In this document: in pieces, positions 61,461 to 64,000 of the stretch | How positions within the stretch are numbered: the first letter of the stretch is position 1 | How the letters are laid out: every line of letters begins with the position of its first letter | Notes under the pieces: model-generated | Database searches by the model: none | Told to the model about the DNA's origin: nothing | The model's input: only the letters and a program-made list of their open reading frames with translations | Source: Anthoceros angustus | Lineage: Eukaryota; Plantae; Anthocerotophyta | NCBI GenBank assembly: GCA_010909165.1 | Contig: MU008170.1 | Location: forward strand, 806,001-870,000 | Length of the DNA stretch: 64,000 bases | Direction: 5' to 3' | Translations under genes and position numbers: made by a program

Positions 61461-64000
61461 CTAGCTTCCGAGTTCTTCAGCAGCAGTCTGAGTCTCTGGT
61501 GGGCACTGACCAGATATGCTATCCATCACCAATTCAATGCTTTTGAGACGGGCGTGCTCGGGGTCTTCGAAGTTGTCGTTCTCCATCATGGCATTTTCGG
61601 CATCCAAAGGATCAATAGGATTGCTTTCGGTGTTGTAGTCCGGATGCCACACTGCGCTCAAAGTTCTCTGTCATCATCCAAGATTTCCCCCGTTTTCTCC
61701 TTCATTCAGTTGAACCCCAAAGGTACAACCTGCGCTTGGGAGACACCCTTCTCGGACAAGCTCAATTCCTTTGCCCAAAACTGGGCTGGTCCTCGTCGAT
61801 GTGGCTCGTGATTCAACTCCTCCTCAGCGTCCGGGAGTACTTCATATCCATGAATCCGTTGTGGGATGAATTCCGCGCAACGCTTGTCCAAATCCACTGC
61901 AATGCAATTTCGACCAGCAGCCCGATTATTTGTCGTTCCGCTCCCTGCACACGCATCTACAATCCAGTCCCCCTCTTTCGAGAAGTTTTGATCGACGAGC
62001 TTCAACCCCTGGCCTCGTCGCACACTGCTAAGCTTGTCCAATGACATATATAGCGCTTCTTCACGACGATGTTATGCCCAATGATTTGCCCGACCATTGT
62101 TGAAAGAGCCATGGACGTTGTTAGGCAACATTGAAACCACCTTAATTTGGTAGTGGTAACCCCCATTACCGTGATGTACTCCACAGTATCATATCCACCC
62201 TGATCATTATGCATATTGGTTTTGTCCCACACAAAGGAGACCATTCCTCCACCAATGCACCACTGTCGCATTGCCTCCCTTACAATATGCAGCTCTTCCA
62301 CACCATGCATAACTATCATTCTGATTTCTTCGCAGCTTGTCATATCATGGAAAGAGTGAAACACTGTGCCAATTTGTGTCTGATCCATCTTCACATCATG
62401 CTTTCCTTTGTGGAATCCTCTTGGCACATCCATAACCAGCAATGTATACTTCCTCTTCCTTAGAAATCCTCGCATGTCCAACACATCTCTTGCAACCACT
62501 TGGTATTTAACAATAAACCCGTCGTTGGCACAGTAAATGCCTATAGGCCTTCCTCCATGTCCATGTTAGCCAGGGCCCTTTGTTCGTTCTCCAGACCTTT
62601 CCATGTGTGCACTTCAAGTATGAAAGCCTGGAAGTCTTTTGGCAGTTTCTTCAGATCTTCTACATCTTTCACTTGCTACACACAGCACATGTTAGGTGGT
62701 TAGTGCACAACAAGCTTGTCCGAAAAGATGCAGCGGGGCGCGGCATGCGCCCTCCCACTACTTCCTTCTAAAGCCTCAATTCCAACATGAGGAATGGGAG
62801 GCGCGGCATCTGCGCCCTCCCTACTTCCTTCTAAAGCCTCAATTCCAACATGAGGGCGCGGCATGCGCCTCCCCGCCCTACTCTGTGTACTAAAGAAGAG
62901 ATATACCTTCCCAGACGCTGTTTGAAACCTTGCAATGACATCGTCCGAAGAGTGCATAGGGTATTCCTGCCGCACCATGTCGAAGAGTCGCATCCTAAAT
63001 GCTTTGCCATAGCCACTTGTATGACATGAAGTTTCTTCCATAGAGTGAGCTCCTTGACATACCATTGAGGTCAAGCAAACCTGTCAAAACCTTTTCGTCA
63101 CACTGATGAGCATTTTTTGTCCGGTCTCACGGTGGAATTCCTTGGAAACTGCGCCATGGTTTCCCCTGCATCTCTTTCGGCTTCACGAAAACGCTTTCAA
63201 CCGTCTTCACCTCCTCTCCAACTTTGCGTTTGCCCTTGCTCTTCTTGGTGGTGCCCGCTGCAACATGTTTGGCTTGTTCTGGGAGCTCCATCGCCTCCCA
63301 CTTTGAAAAGATATTATCGACATTTCTCCAAACCTTTCCCTCCAGTTTCGCAATGCATAGGATATGTGTCCTGTTGTCCACTTTGTTCTGGTTATACTGT
63401 TCATCTTCCCGGCCTTCGTCATCCTCGATCAGTAAGCGAACGAGTATAAGCCTCGGGGCTGGGGGTGGAAATAGCAGATCTCAAAGCGTGGACACTGCTG
63501 AGGGTTCAAGCAGGACACTCGCTAGTGCTTAAAATGGGCTTGCTAATCTGTTCGGGCTGCTTTGGATGCTACACGTGCCTTTGCACCTGGCGACTTTGTA
63601 ATGCTAGCACACACATAGACCAATCGGGCTTGCCTCTTGATGTGACCTTTGTGCTCCTCATTTCTAAGTTGGAAGGGGACGACGTTATTTTTTACAGAGT
63701 AGTAAGAGTAGTTTTGATAGTTGCATACATAAGTTTATTTATTAGAGCTACATACGGCATGGCCTAAAGTCTAAAGCCTATAGAGTCATATAGATAGATA
63801 TTCTAAAGTCATATGGCTGCCTATTATAGAGTTACATAGGGTACAATAGGCTTTGGCAAGGCCGTCATGTTTCGGCCGGCCGCGGGCTTTTCCGGGTTTC
63901 TGTTCAGGATTTCGGGAGCGGCGGTTTGCACGGTGGGTTGTTAGGTGCTTTGGCGGGTTGCGGCCCCTCTGGCCGGGGGCCTTCGGCCAGCCCAGCGGGG
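61461..64000 (-). CDS. Large spliced protein with a C-terminal beta-class N4C/N6A DNA methyltransferase domain (MTase ~61790-62500); 5' end beyond the window; frameshifted as assembled
   Basis: Motif-IV-like LLVMDVPRG (62419-62430 for DVPR), then FVWDK, then motif I WIVDACAGSGTT (61931-61957) and GRNCIAVDLDK..EF...RI. A GT-AG intron at 62676-62906 separates it from upstream helical-domain exons, and an acidic tail ends at 61461. Confidence 0.8.
62735..62880. repeat. ~58-bp tandem repeat (2.5 copies) inside the methyltransferase gene intron
   Basis: GCGCGGCATGCGCC...CTACTTCCTTCTAAAGCCTCAATTCCAACATGAG is repeated. Confidence 0.85.

Noticed and set aside
61700-62500. Bacterial contamination or a restriction-modification system as the source of the methyltransferase
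   Set aside because: The gene has GT-AG introns, is contiguous with plant repeats, and has no restriction enzyme or operon context.

Overview
Eukaryotic nuclear DNA from a compact-gene, seed-free land plant (short GT-AG introns, PLS-type PPR remnants, non-chromovirus Ty3/gypsy; lycophyte- or hornwort-like, taxon inferred only). There are no prokaryotic operons, CRISPR arrays or rRNA/tRNA genes. Layout: (1) 1-19.9 kb is a head-to-tail array of a ~3-kb unit carrying a two-exon J-domain (DnaJ-like) gene, heavily reshuffled at short microhomologies. (2) 19.9-38.2 kb holds three intact host genes (PAM16, an NSR-like RRM gene, ARMC7-like) among Copia, PPR, histidine-kinase and J-gene remnants and minisatellites. 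(3) 39.5-54.7 kb is a full-length minus-strand Ty3/gypsy element with ~4.1-kb LTRs that appear to contain their own ORF. (4) 54.8-64 kb is a putative large DNA transposon. It encodes a Sola1-like DDD transposase, two or three unknown genes and an intron-containing protein ending in a prokaryote-type beta-class N4C/N6A DNA methyltransferase domain, and it is studded with a GC-rich palindromic motif. Repeats carry many single-base indels while the single-copy genes are clean, so many frameshifts may be long-read consensus errors. Coordinates in repeats are approximate.
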